Below are positions 1 through 9,696 of a stretch of DNA of 64,000 nucleotides, one piece after another. The notes below the pieces were generated by a model. It searched no databases, was not told where the DNA came from, and saw only the letters and a list, made by a program, of their open reading frames with translations. Each line of letters begins with the position of its first letter. Position 1 is the first letter of the stretch. This stretch comes from Acidimicrobiaceae bacterium. Lineage in GTDB: Bacteria > Actinomycetota > Acidimicrobiia > Acidimicrobiales > RAAP-2. The translations under genes and the position numbers were made by a program. The stretch is from the NCBI GenBank assembly GCA_003169675.1, contig PNAT01000179.1:3759-67758 (forward strand). The letters run 5' to 3'.

Positions 1-67
1 TGACGTCCGTCCGGACCATGGGTGATGTCCGGGACACACGGTCCCGGATCGGAACCTTGGAGGTCCA

Positions 68-388
68 GTGATCCCTCAACTGCTAGGCGCGAGACCCGTC
101 GTTGTAGCCGGCGGACCCAACTTCAACATCTCGCCGAACAGCTCACTGCCGGGCTCGTCCCAGGTGTCGTCGTTTCTCGGTGGCATCGAGCAGTGGGCCA
201 TCTACGCCTGCTTGCTCGGGCTGATCATCGGTGGGGCGAGCCTGTGGTGGGGGGTGCAGAACGGGTCGATCAACCGCACGTCGGTTTCCCAGCACAAGAT
301 CCTCGCCGCGTTGGCCGGGGCGGTCATCATCGGCGCGGCCGTCTTCCTCATCACATGGGCGTTCAACTTCGGCTCGACGGTGAGCTGA
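68..388 (+). CDS. Small integral membrane protein with two predicted TM helices, first gene of the T4SS-like block (pilin/VirB2-like position)
   Basis: 106-aa ORF with GTG start and two long hydrophobic stretches (WAIYACLLGLIIGGASLWW; LAALAGAVIIGAAVFLITWAF). Its stop lies 1 nt before the next ATG. Function is inferred from position only. Confidence 0.45.
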   Translation: MIPQLLGARPVVVAGGPNFNISPNSSLPGSSQVSSFLGGIEQWAIYACLLGLIIGGASLWWGVQNGSINRTSVSQHKILAALAGAVIIGAAVFLITWAFNFGSTVS

Positions 389-389
389 G

Positions 390-1736
390 ATGATCGTCGG
401 ACTCTCACTGTTCAACCCCCTGGGGGGTCTGGGCCAGGACGTGGTCAACTGGTTCGGGCACGCGATCTCAGAGGGGATCGGGGGCTTCGCCTCCTGGGCC
501 ATCGGTGGCGTCATCCACGCCATGCAGTCGACCACGACGCCTGATTTCACGTCGTGGTTCGTCGGTCCCTGGCGAGCGATGCTGAGCGTGGTCGCCTGGC
601 TGTCAATCCCGATCCTGTTCGTGGGCGTCGGGTCGGCAGCCCTCCGCGGCGACCTGACGTCGGTCTTGAAGCGGGGACTGGGCGCTCCGGTGCTCATGGC
701 GGTGGGCACCGCGGTGGCGGTGCCCGTGACGGCCGGGGTCCTGACCTTGGTCAACGGCTGCTGCGGGCTGCTCGTCGACGTGGCGATCGGCGGCAACCAG
801 GGATTCGGCCAGGGACTCTCCCATCTCTCGGACTTCGCCCTGTCGGCAACAGTGGCCTCGGGTGGCAGCGGACTCCCCGGTCTGGCCGCGGCGCTGATCG
901 TGGCGTTGGCCGGATTGGCGGCACTTGTCATCTGGTTCGTCCTCGCGCTGCGGGGGGCGCTCCTCTACCTCGAGGTGCTGGCCATCCCCTTGGCGCTCTG
1001 CGGCCTGTACTGGGGTGGGACGGCTCACTGGATCAAGAAGTTGGTGGACCTGATCGTGGCCACGATCCTGTCCCAGTTGGTGATCACCATGCTGATGGTC
1101 CTCGCCGCCGCCGACCTGAACAAGAACCAGCTCTCTGTGACGGGCTCGATCGGTGTGGACATGACGACACTGTTCCTGGCGGTGGCGTTCCTCCTGCTCG
1201 GATCATTGGCCCTGCCGATGGCACTCCGACACGTGCCGGCTGCCACCGAGCACGCGGCGGCCGCGGCTTCCCAGATCAGTGGTCCCGGTCGGATGACCTA
1301 CATGGGGAGCCGGATTGCGGGCACGGCCAAGATGATGGGCGGATCGGGTGGCGGCCAGCAAGCGATCGTCCGCCAAGCGGGGGCAGCAGCGGGGCCGCTC
1401 GGTGTGGCGGCGTCCGTCGGTGTTGGTGCAGCCACCGCCGCCGCTCGGACCGGTGTCGACGCTGCTAGTGGTGCCGCACATGCCGGGCCCGGCGGTGACG
1501 GAGAGCGCGGTCATGGGACAGGGAGTGCGGGGCCATCGGGATCGGGCCCAGGGGCCGTTGGATCTCAGGGATCGGGCGGGGGTACCGGGAGTCCTGCGAC
1601 CAGGCGGGCCGCCAGCGGCTCCCAGGCGGGAACCAACGGATCTTCGACACGGCCGCCATCGCCTGGCCAAGGGGTTCGAGGCGGAGCAGGCCAGGGATCG
1701 GCGGTGCGAGGTGCGCGAGGTCTCTCTCATGGCTGA
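390..1736 (+). CDS. TrbL/VirB6-like polytopic membrane protein with Gly/Ser/Ala-rich C-terminal tail
   Basis: 448-aa ORF with several hydrophobic segments followed by a low-complexity G/A/S tail. It lies upstream of a VirB4-like ATPase, as in actinobacterial conjugative elements. Confidence 0.65.
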   Translation: MIVGLSLFNPLGGLGQDVVNWFGHAISEGIGGFASWAIGGVIHAMQSTTTPDFTSWFVGPWRAMLSVVAWLSIPILFVGVGSAALRGDLTSVLKRGLGAPVLMAVGTAVAVPVTAGVLTLVNGCCGLLVDVAIGGNQGFGQGLSHLSDFALSATVASGGSGLPGLAAALIVALAGLAALVIWFVLALRGALLYLEVLAIPLALCGLYWGGTAHWIKKLVDLIVATILSQLVITMLMVLAAADLNKNQLSVTGSIGVDMTTLFLAVAFLLLGSLALPMALRHVPAATEHAAAAASQISGPGRMTYMGSRIAGTAKMMGGSGGGQQAIVRQAGAAAGPLGVAASVGVGAATAAARTGVDAASGAAHAGPGGDGERGHGTGSAGPSGSGPGAVGSQGSGGGTGSPATRRAASGSQAGTNGSSTRPPSPGQGVRGGAGQGSAVRGARGLSHG

Positions 1737-3324
1737 ACCCGAGGTGCTCTACAACTTCGGCGTCCTGACCAAGCGGTACGAATTGGTCAGCCGTACCGCG
1801 AGCCAGCTCGCTCCGGGGATCGCCGGCCTGTCCATCGGGTTCGTGATGATCCTGGCGGGTGCGCCGCTTCCACTGCCGCTCGGCCCGGTGTTGGTGGGCT
1901 TCTGGTTCGCCCTCGGGAAGATCCCGTTCGGTCGACTCCGGGGCGCTCGTGTCCGGAAAGTGGTAGGACCGCTGGCCCACTACGGGATCCTGCGACTCGG
2001 TGGGAAGACCCGGTGGGTGATGCCCGCCATGTGGTTGAGCGTTGCGGTCGACCCGGCGGCCACCAGGAAAGTTGACCGCTATCAGCCAGCTGGTGGCGCG
2101 CCGGTCGTCGAACCCGAGATTGACGAGGGAAAGCGGCGAGACCGGGGAAACAAAACACGGGCTCGCCGTGGGCGCCCGGAGGTGCCCGAGCAGCTGCCCC
2201 CCGAGTTGGGCCGGCTGCGCTTCATGTCGGTGACCTGTGACGGTGCCGAAGCCGGCCTCTTGGTTGAGCGGGCCGGCCGCCAGAACCTTCTCACGGCGGT
2301 GATCTCGGTGTCGGGAGGCGACCGGTTCGTGTTCTCGGGACCCGATGAGCAGGCGGCGCAGATCTTTTCGTGGGGAGAGGTCTTGAAGGCCATGGCCTCA
2401 GAGGGCTCGGGGCTTCGGCGGCTCCAATGGGTCGAGCGGGCCACCCCGCAACCCTCGACGGTCCAGGAGGACTGGGCCAAATGCGCTATGGGCGATGTCT
2501 CTCCTTTGGAGTGGGCGGACTACCAGTCGTTGCAAGCGGCGATCGGTACCGCGGCCATCCACCACGACGTGTATCTGGGCGCCCAGGTGGAGACCGGTGT
2601 GGGGGCGGAGTCCGATGTGCTGGCCGAGGCAACGGTCGAACTGGCCCAGCTCTGCGAGCAACTGACCTCCATCGGGCTGCGACCCACCCCGCTGTCACGG
2701 AGGGGGATCGCCGGTGTCATGCGCCAGTGGGCGGACCCGACGGCTCTCGAGCGTTTGGCGCTGTGGGGAGACGAGTCGATCCCGGCGTCGGGGGCCGGGC
2801 CGGCCGCCCGCTTCGTCGGCTACGACACGGTGCGGACCGACGGCTATGTCCACCGGGTCGGGCAGATCGCCGCCTGGCCCCGGATCGACGTGGCCAGCGA
2901 GTGGATGTACCCACTGCTGGCGACCGCACTGCCGGGGTCGGTGCGCACGGTGTCCATGCATCTCGAAGCGGTCTCGACCGAAGAGGCCTTCGCCGAGGTC
3001 CGCGATGCCCGCACGACCGGCGGGATGGCGCAACGCAAGCGGGACGAGAAGGGGATCATCACCACCGAGGAGGAAGAGCGGCGGGTCGACGAGGCCCGGT
3101 CCCGGGAGCGGGAGCTCACCCGAGGGTTCCGCCAGCACAAGATCGCCGGTCTCGTCATGGTGTCCAGTCCCGACGCGGAGACCGCCGGGCGGGCGTGGCG
3201 CCAGGCGGAGCGCAAGGCGGTCGAGTGCCACCTTGACCTGCGGGAGCTGCACGCCCGGGGCCATGAGGCGTGGGCGGCGACGTTGCCGCTGTGCCGGCTG
3301 CGCTTCGCCCGGGGGCTGCTCTGA
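1729..3324 (+). CDS. Conjugation-associated membrane protein (resembles the SCO6880-type family of actinobacterial T4SS loci)
   Basis: The track ORF 1348-3324 is trimmed to the ATG at 1729 (MAEPEVLYNFGVL...), which overlaps the previous stop at 1734-1736. It has two TM segments near the N-terminus. The family assignment is from memory only. Confidence 0.55.
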   Translation: MAEPEVLYNFGVLTKRYELVSRTASQLAPGIAGLSIGFVMILAGAPLPLPLGPVLVGFWFALGKIPFGRLRGARVRKVVGPLAHYGILRLGGKTRWVMPAMWLSVAVDPAATRKVDRYQPAGGAPVVEPEIDEGKRRDRGNKTRARRGRPEVPEQLPPELGRLRFMSVTCDGAEAGLLVERAGRQNLLTAVISVSGGDRFVFSGPDEQAAQIFSWGEVLKAMASEGSGLRRLQWVERATPQPSTVQEDWAKCAMGDVSPLEWADYQSLQAAIGTAAIHHDVYLGAQVETGVGAESDVLAEATVELAQLCEQLTSIGLRPTPLSRRGIAGVMRQWADPTALERLALWGDESIPASGAGPAARFVGYDTVRTDGYVHRVGQIAAWPRIDVASEWMYPLLATALPGSVRTVSMHLEAVSTEEAFAEVRDARTTGGMAQRKRDEKGIITTEEEERRVDEARSRERELTRGFRQHKIAGLVMVSSPDAETAGRAWRQAERKAVECHLDLRELHARGHEAWAATLPLCRLRFARGLL

Positions 3325-4577
3325 TGCTGCGCCTCCCTCCCATGTCGGTCACGACCCGTCACTCGGCGTCCGCCTACCCATTCCAATGCCAGGCCGGGCT
3401 GCCCCTGGTGGGACCGATCATCGGCCAGGAGGTGCTCGGCCAGGGCATGTTCTGTTACGACCCGTTCTGCCTCTACGACTCCGAGACGTTGCTCTCTCCG
3501 TGCATGTTGGTCTCGGGCAATAAGGGGTACGGCAAGTCCGCCTTCGTGAAGGCCTACCTACACCGCCAGTCGATGGCCGGGAAGTGGCTGGCCATCTTGG
3601 ATCCCAAGGGCGAGTACCTCGACCTGGCCGCCCGAGATGGGCTCTCGGTGCTGGGCCTGCGGCCGGGCGGCCCGGTGCGGCTCAATCCCCTCGACGCCGG
3701 TCCGTCCATTGCGGGGACGGGGACCGAGGACGTCAGGGGCCGCCGGATCGGGGTGGTGGTGGCCCTGGCCGAGTCGGCGGTGGGGCGAGCGGTGTCGAGC
3801 GATGAACGCTCGGTGGTGACCGCCGCGCTCATGGAGCTCGAGCGACGCCGTGGCCGAGCGGTGCCGACGCTACGCCACGTGATGGACCTGTTGATGGGCC
3901 CGACCGAGGCCATGGCGGCCGAGTTGAACACGAACACCGAAGAGCTGGCCAAAGACGCGAAGTCGGTGGCCCGGGGACTCCATCGCCTGGTCGAGGGCGA
4001 CCTAGCCGGCATGTTCGACGGAGCGTCCACGACCAAGGTCGAGTGGTCCGGCCCGGGCATCGTTATCGATCTGTCCGCGGTGCTCCAGTCGCCCGCGTTC
4101 TCGGCCATCCTGGTCTGCGCCGGGGCGTGGTTGGCCCAGGTGGTCGCAGCCAAGGACCGCCAGCGCATCATCGTGGTCGACGAGTGCTGGAAGGCCATCC
4201 GCGACGCCGGGTTCGTGGCCTGGGGTGAGGAGACCCAGAAGCTGTCCCGGGCCTACGGCGTGCAATTCGTCACCATCGTCCAGCGGATCTCGGACCTGGC
4301 ATCCCAGGCTGACGACGGTACGACCACGTCCAAGCGAGCCCAAGGGTTCGTCAACGAAGCCGAGACGAAGGTGACGTTCAACCTGGGTGGCGGTGAGGCC
4401 CGGGCGTCTCTCGACGTCATGGACTGGACCGAGTCAGAAGCTCTCCTCGTACCGAAACTCCCCCGGGGCCGCGCCCTGTGGCGGGTCGGGGAGCACGGAG
4501 CGATCGTCCAGACGATCCTCTCTCCCCGCGACGTCGCCATGTGCGACTCCAATCAGGCGATGCGGAGCCGGCCATGA
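3324..4577 (+). CDS. VirB4/TraC-like T4SS ATPase
   Basis: The ATG at 3324 overlaps the upstream TGA. Walker A is GNKGYGKS and Walker B-like is RIIVVDECWKA. Confidence 0.8.
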   Translation: MLRLPPMSVTTRHSASAYPFQCQAGLPLVGPIIGQEVLGQGMFCYDPFCLYDSETLLSPCMLVSGNKGYGKSAFVKAYLHRQSMAGKWLAILDPKGEYLDLAARDGLSVLGLRPGGPVRLNPLDAGPSIAGTGTEDVRGRRIGVVVALAESAVGRAVSSDERSVVTAALMELERRRGRAVPTLRHVMDLLMGPTEAMAAELNTNTEELAKDAKSVARGLHRLVEGDLAGMFDGASTTKVEWSGPGIVIDLSAVLQSPAFSAILVCAGAWLAQVVAAKDRQRIIVVDECWKAIRDAGFVAWGEETQKLSRAYGVQFVTIVQRISDLASQADDGTTTSKRAQGFVNEAETKVTFNLGGGEARASLDVMDWTESEALLVPKLPRGRALWRVGEHGAIVQTILSPRDVAMCDSNQAMRSRP

Positions 4578-5125
4578 ACTCCGCCTGGGTACGTCATCTC
4601 ACGTGGTCCCGGGTCGGTGTGGCGGTTTGCGTCGGGTTGATCGGCTTCGGGGCACTCGTGGCGCTCCTCCCCCACCACCAAGCCGCAGCGGGTCCGACAC
4701 TGATGCCGGCCCCCGGTGGGAGAGAGGGCGGCCAGCTCTCCAACGTGCGTGCCCAGGAGCTGGCTGCTCAGCAGGTGGCAGAGCGGTTCGTCACCGCGTG
4801 CGACACGACCGATCCCGCGCAGCCCGCGGGCGACGTCGCCACCGAGACCGCCCTCGCTCCCGGGCTGGTGGTGCCCCGGGCCGTGGTGGGGCCGGCCGCC
4901 TGGCGGACCGAGAGTCGCCGCACGACGGTGGTGCTCGACCCGCCCGGGCAGCCGGTGGCTCAACCCGGCGGGAGGGTGGCGGTGATCGTCACCGGCATCA
5001 TGACCGTGACTTCGGATTCGGGCCTGCCCGAGGCGGTGCCGGTCGCCGAGAGGATCGCCCTCCATCTCTCACCCGGCGGCGAGGCCTCCGGCTGGCGGGT
5101 CGTCGACGTCGGGGTCGGGGAATGA
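4574..5125 (+). CDS. Membrane-anchored hypothetical protein of the T4SS block
   Basis: ATGA overlap with the VirB4-like gene. N-terminal TM segment VGVAVCVGLIGFGALVALL. ATGA overlap with the next gene. Confidence 0.55.
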   Translation: MNSAWVRHLTWSRVGVAVCVGLIGFGALVALLPHHQAAAGPTLMPAPGGREGGQLSNVRAQELAAQQVAERFVTACDTTDPAQPAGDVATETALAPGLVVPRAVVGPAAWRTESRRTTVVLDPPGQPVAQPGGRVAVIVTGIMTVTSDSGLPEAVPVAERIALHLSPGGEASGWRVVDVGVGE

Positions 5126-6084
5126 CGCGCACAGCGGGCAAGGTGCTCGCCCTCCTCGTCGCAGCATCTGCGTTCACCCTGTGTGCCCTGGCGGGCGGGG
5201 CATCGGCTGTGGCCACTAACAATCCGTCGCCGCTCGCCACGGGCAGCATCCCCGCCAACCTGTTGGTCCTGTTTCAACAAGCGGCAGCAGCCAGTCCGTG
5301 CGGGGTCCCATGGACCCTGCTCGCCGCAGTGGCGAAGACCGAATCGTCCCTCGATCCGACTGCGGTCTCGGGTGCGGGGGCCGAGGGCATGTTCCAGTTC
5401 GAGCCGGCGACCTTCGCCGAGTACGCCAAGCCGGCCCCGTCCGGTGGTGCGATCCCGCCCACCGCGTTCGACCCGACGGACGCCGCCTATGCCGCCGGCC
5501 GCTACCTGTGCTCACTCGGGGTCGCCCAGAACCCAACCTTGGCGCTGGTGGCCTACAACTGCGGCAACGCCGGAGCGGCGTGCCAGGCCGCGTCGGCCGG
5601 CTACGCCGAGCAGGTACTGGCCACCGCAGCCCGCTACACCGCTGCGGGTGCGGGAGTGCCCAGCGGTGTGCAAGCGGCCGTCGTTTCCTACGCCGAGTCG
5701 CAGATCGGAACCCCTTACGTCTACGGCGGCGATACCCCCGGGACCGGGTTCGACTGCTCCGGACTGGTCGTGTGGACCTATGGGCTGGCCGGGGTGGTTG
5801 TACCCCGGGTGGCCAACGACCAGTGGCACGACGAGCCCCATGTGGCGCTCGATGAACTGGTCCCGGGCGATCTCGTGTTCTTCGGCACCGGCAGCGCTTC
5901 TGGTGACACGGCTTCTGGTGACAGCGTCGCGGATCACGTCGGTATCTACATCGGGGACAGCGCCATGGTCGATGCCCCCCACACCGGTGCCGATGTCCGT
6001 GTCGACACCTTTACCACTGTGGCCGGGGCCCCATGGGGCAGCGGCGAAGTGCTGCTGGGCGGTGCTGATCCGGTGGCCTCGTGA
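5122..6084 (+). CDS. Secreted bifunctional cell-wall hydrolase: lytic transglycosylase (SLT-like) plus NlpC/P60 (C40) peptidase
   Basis: Signal peptide MTRTAGKVLALLVAASAFTLCALAGGASA. SLT-like AVAKTESSLDP...GAEGMFQF. NlpC/P60 motif YVYGGDTPGTGFDCSGLVVWTY with a later HVGIY. Confidence 0.85.
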   Translation: MTRTAGKVLALLVAASAFTLCALAGGASAVATNNPSPLATGSIPANLLVLFQQAAAASPCGVPWTLLAAVAKTESSLDPTAVSGAGAEGMFQFEPATFAEYAKPAPSGGAIPPTAFDPTDAAYAAGRYLCSLGVAQNPTLALVAYNCGNAGAACQAASAGYAEQVLATAARYTAAGAGVPSGVQAAVVSYAESQIGTPYVYGGDTPGTGFDCSGLVVWTYGLAGVVVPRVANDQWHDEPHVALDELVPGDLVFFGTGSASGDTASGDSVADHVGIYIGDSAMVDAPHTGADVRVDTFTTVAGAPWGSGEVLLGGADPVAS

Positions 6085-6259
6085 TGTCGTCACCATGGAC
6101 GTGCGACTGCTCGCGTGGGGTGATCGTCCCCCTCCGCCGCCACCCGGGTGTCGCGAAGGACCCACGGCCGAAGAGAAACCCTGGCATAGCGGGCGAAAAG
6201 ACAAAAGAGGACCGTAGAGTGCCCAAGCAGCTCAGCTTGTTCGGAAAGGATCCCGAGCG

Positions 6260-8038
6260 ATGAGGCCACAACAGCAGACCCCATTCGAGGGACCGTTCAT
6301 GTTGCTGCTCTGCGCGCTGACCCTCGTGGTCGCCGAGGGACTGGCAGTTCAAGCTGGGGGTCAGGTGGCTTCCCTCCTCTTCGGCGGGCATCACTTCATC
6401 CCAGGAGGCGTGGGTGCGGGGACCGGGATCTTCCTGCGGCTCTGGCGTCATCCGGCCGACCCGGCTTTGGCGTGGAGTCCGGTCGACCGGCCATCGCTGC
6501 CGGGACCCCTGGCCATGTGGGCCTCGCTGCTCGTCACGCAGCTGGTTCTTGTCGGGCTGGTCGTCCTGGCCTTCCACCTGGTCCGCCATGTCCAGGGTGC
6601 GGCCGGGAACCAGCACGGTGGTCCGGCCAAAGCCAGTCGGGCCCACGTCGAGCGCACCATGGGTCGGAGAGCAGTCGAGCGCCACACCACCGCCCTCTAC
6701 GGGAAGGATGCCGCGGCCACGCGGGAGCCACTGGGACTCGGGATCGACGTCGCCACCGGCGCCCGCCTGTTCGCCAAGTCCGAGGATTACATATTGGCCG
6801 TCGGCGTGCCCCGGGTCGGCAAGGGCGAGGGCTTCGTGATCCCTGCGGTGCTGCGCCACAAGGGTCCGGCGGTGGTGACCGCCACCCGCCATGACACGTA
6901 CATGGACACGGCCTACGTCCGGGCCAAGGTTGGACCGGTCTACGTGTTCGACCCGCAGGGCCTGGTCCCCGAGGCGAAGAAGTTGCGGTGGAACCCGGTC
7001 AAGGGCTGCGAGATACCCCAGACAGCCATCCTGCGTGCTCGAGGGTTCGCCGGCTTCGCCGGGGTCGGACCGGCCGTCGACGGCGGTGGGGCCTACTGGG
7101 AACAGGTGGCGGCATCCATCATCCGCTCCTACCTGCACGCGGCCGCCCTGCAGGGCTTGGGTGTCGAGCAGCTCCTCGCCTGGTCGCGCCGGCCTGCGGC
7201 TCGGCAACCGGTCCGCATCCTGTCGCGCCACTCGGGCGCTGCTCGGGGATGGGACCAGGACCTGGCCGCATCCGCTGAGGTCGAACCCAGGCATCGGGAC
7301 TCGATCTGGGCCACGGTCCGACGGGCGTTCGACTGCTTCGCCGACCCGATGGTCCTCGAAGCCACCCGGGTCGATCACGACACGTTCGACCCTGGCGAGT
7401 TTCTGAAGGAAAACGGGACTATCTACCTGATGGGCTCACCAGGTGCGCAACACTCGGTCGCCCCGATCGTCGCCGCACTCATCGAAGACGTCGTCGACAC
7501 AGCACGGCACCAAGCGGCCCGCTCCCCGACGCGCCGGCTCGAGTCGGGCTTGGTGCTCATGCTCGACGAATGCGCCAACATCGCCCCACTCGGCGACCTC
7601 CCGAAATTGGTCGCCGAACTCGGCGGCCTGGGGATCACCACCGCGGTGATCCTCCAGTCGGTGGCCTCGGCCCGCAACATCTGGGGTGAGGCAGGGGAAC
7701 GGGCACTGCGTGACCTGGCCAACATCACGCTGGTGTGGGGCGGCCAGAAGGATGTCGCTTTCCTGGAAGAGATCAGCCGGCTGGCCGGCGAACACGACGA
7801 GCTGGTCGAGACCGTCACCCAGAACGAGATGGGGAAGTCGAGCTCGTGGACGCCACGTCGCATGCCAGTGCTGCCCATCGGGGACATCGCCAACCTGGTG
7901 CCCAACCACGCAGTCGTCGTGTCCCCTCATCTCCGGCCACGAGTCACGTATCTGCCGTCCTGGCGAGATGACCGGATCCTGGCCGCGCTGGTCGGATCGG
8001 ACAGGCCGGTCTCGTCGGTCGTCGGTGGTCATGCCTGA
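6260..8038 (+). CDS. VirD4/TraG-type type IV coupling protein
   Basis: N-terminal TM helices. P-loop-like GVPRVGKGEGFVIP. Walker B-like LVLMLDECANIAPL. Sits next to the relaxase/T4SS genes. Confidence 0.8.
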   Translation: MRPQQQTPFEGPFMLLLCALTLVVAEGLAVQAGGQVASLLFGGHHFIPGGVGAGTGIFLRLWRHPADPALAWSPVDRPSLPGPLAMWASLLVTQLVLVGLVVLAFHLVRHVQGAAGNQHGGPAKASRAHVERTMGRRAVERHTTALYGKDAAATREPLGLGIDVATGARLFAKSEDYILAVGVPRVGKGEGFVIPAVLRHKGPAVVTATRHDTYMDTAYVRAKVGPVYVFDPQGLVPEAKKLRWNPVKGCEIPQTAILRARGFAGFAGVGPAVDGGGAYWEQVAASIIRSYLHAAALQGLGVEQLLAWSRRPAARQPVRILSRHSGAARGWDQDLAASAEVEPRHRDSIWATVRRAFDCFADPMVLEATRVDHDTFDPGEFLKENGTIYLMGSPGAQHSVAPIVAALIEDVVDTARHQAARSPTRRLESGLVLMLDECANIAPLGDLPKLVAELGGLGITTAVILQSVASARNIWGEAGERALRDLANITLVWGGQKDVAFLEEISRLAGEHDELVETVTQNEMGKSSSWTPRRMPVLPIGDIANLVPNHAVVVSPHLRPRVTYLPSWRDDRILAALVGSDRPVSSVVGGHA

Positions 8039-8591
8039 GGACGGCGACAGTGCGCCCAGCGGTCTTCCCGAGCTCGTGGAGGACCTTCTTGTCGAGGTGG
8101 AGGCGCTTCGAGCCGATGTGGACAGGCTGAAGTCGCAACAGGGTGCGTGGGCGACCGCCGGCAAGCAGGTTCCGGCCACGAAGCGGACCCTTCCAACCGA
8201 AGGCGAACCGATCGAACTCGCAGTGCTGGCCAAGTGGGTCGAAAGCCTCCAGGTCCGGTACGCGGCGGCAGGGGACTGGCTCAGGCCGTGCTGGTGGCGC
8301 CACGGCTTTGTCGTCGAGGAGCTGGCCGCACTGCGCGTGGCATGGCTGGCCGTCTACGACACGACCGAGCCGGTCGATGCGACAGCAGGAGTCACGTGGC
8401 ACGAAGAGGCCGAGAAATGCCGCGAGCGCATTCGCCAGACAATCGGCGTCGGTCAGGGCTGCTCTGCGGTGTCGCACACGCCGGATGAACCGGTCACCGA
8501 AGACTCCAGGTGGGTTGAAGAGCTGGCCGCCCTCGAGAATCAGTCTGCAGGTGATCTCGAGGCGGAAGCGCGACCAGGCGCAAGTGAGTGA
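8031..8591 (+). CDS. Hypothetical protein downstream of the coupling protein (DUF4913-like by position and W-rich motif)
   Basis: The ATG at 8031 overlaps the VirD4 stop. Coiled N-terminus, then WVESLQVRY...WLRPCWWRHGFVVEELAALRVAW. The family call is from memory only. Confidence 0.5.
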   Translation: MPEDGDSAPSGLPELVEDLLVEVEALRADVDRLKSQQGAWATAGKQVPATKRTLPTEGEPIELAVLAKWVESLQVRYAAAGDWLRPCWWRHGFVVEELAALRVAWLAVYDTTEPVDATAGVTWHEEAEKCRERIRQTIGVGQGCSAVSHTPDEPVTEDSRWVEELAALENQSAGDLEAEARPGASE

Positions 8592-8637
8592 GCGCCTTCG
8601 GCCTGCTCAGTGCAATCAGGGCACGTCGGAAACTCAC

Positions 8638-8666
8638 TTGATTAGGTACTTAGCTACTAGTATCCT
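8638..8666 (+). promoter_or_regulatory. Candidate sigma70-type promoter (TTGATT-17 nt-TATCCT) with three CTAG tetramers, upstream of the RHH gene
   Basis: A locally AT-rich patch in otherwise GC-rich DNA. The AGGAGG Shine-Dalgarno follows at about 8666-8671. Confidence 0.3.
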
Positions 8667-8680
8667 CTAGGTATCAGGAG

Positions 8681-8965
8681 GTGAGTGCGATGGCTCAGGC
8701 ACCGATCAAGGTCAACGAGGAGACAAAGGAGCGCATCCGCTATCTCGCGGCCCTGATCGACACGACCCAGGCCGAGGTGGTGGACAAGGCGGTCCAGGAG
8801 TACGCCGTGCGCCATGCTGACCTCATCGAGAAGGGCATCGATCGGGCCCGGTCGGTCCTCACCGCCGGTGACGCCGCCATCGCCGCCCACCTGCTTGGCC
8901 AGCCGTTCGACGCCGTCCAGCGTGTCTCAGGCGGAAACCGCCGGGCTAGCGGAGCCCGAGCCTGA
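8681..8965 (+). CDS. Ribbon-helix-helix (CopG/Arc-like) DNA-binding protein
   Basis: PIKVNEETKERIRYLAALIDTTQAEVVDKAVQEY fits a beta-alpha-alpha RHH pattern. A good SD lies upstream of the GTG at 8681; an alternative ATG is at 8690. Confidence 0.65.
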   Translation: MSAMAQAPIKVNEETKERIRYLAALIDTTQAEVVDKAVQEYAVRHADLIEKGIDRARSVLTAGDAAIAAHLLGQPFDAVQRVSGGNRRASGARA

Positions 8966-9644
8966 CCGATTCGTACCAGGCAATCGCGCCCGTGGGCCAG
9001 TCATCGCGTGCCTCGAACACCGCCGGGGAGACGTGCGCTTCAAGCGACGCAAACAGCACGTCGCGCAGCTCAGGACGAATGAAGACTCCGTCGCTCGCCC
9101 GGATGCAGATCCCGCACCAGATCTCTTCGACTCCACCACTGTCGATCACGAGCACTCTGGTCGGCAGCCAGCCGTCAAGGTCCGCGACGCATTCGGTCCC
9201 GCTGTTGGCCAGTGCACGGTCAGTCAACTCGAACAGTTCCGAGGTCAAGCGTCGGTGAAGGCGGAGGACCTCCTCTGCCTGGTCCCGAAGATGGTCGTCT
9301 TCGCTCGGGAGAAGCCGGTCGGCAGCGTGAAGCTGCGCGAACCATTCGAACGCGTCATCGTCTGATCCGTCTTCTCTCCGACGAACGGCGCAAAGCCACA
9401 GCACCTCGTCTTCGTCGAGCCAGGTGGCTCCTCGTTCCGTCGACACCCGGAGCCGGTAGACGACCGGGTGGGCAATGGAGAGAATCCGCTTCTGGCCCGT
9501 CGGTGATGTCGGAGCGATCCGTCGGAGCTCATCGAGCCATGGGTGTTCGATCTCTCCCAGATCGACGGACATCTCGGGAAGTTCCAAACCGAGGTCTTCA
9601 ACCAGGCAGCGGATCGTTGGACGCGAACGTCGGGCGTATGTCAT
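8946..9644 (-). CDS. Hypothetical protein
   Basis: The track ORF 8946-9725 is trimmed to the ATG at 9644 so it does not overlap the relaxase 3' end. I recognise no motif. Confidence 0.45.
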   Translation of the reverse strand: MTYARRSRPTIRCLVEDLGLELPEMSVDLGEIEHPWLDELRRIAPTSPTGQKRILSIAHPVVYRLRVSTERGATWLDEDEVLWLCAVRRREDGSDDDAFEWFAQLHAADRLLPSEDDHLRDQAEEVLRLHRRLTSELFELTDRALANSGTECVADLDGWLPTRVLVIDSGGVEEIWCGICIRASDGVFIRPELRDVLFASLEAHVSPAVFEARDDWPTGAIAWYESVRLGLR

Positions 9645-9696
9645 CGCGTGGCCGGATCGTATCGGCTGCCCGTCGAGTCTCTGAGAGACAGTCGCA

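Noticed and set aside
6011-7378. 455-aa minus-strand ORF overlapping the VirD4-like gene
   Set aside because: It is an antisense shadow ORF. The plus-strand frame carries coupling-protein motifs and operon context.
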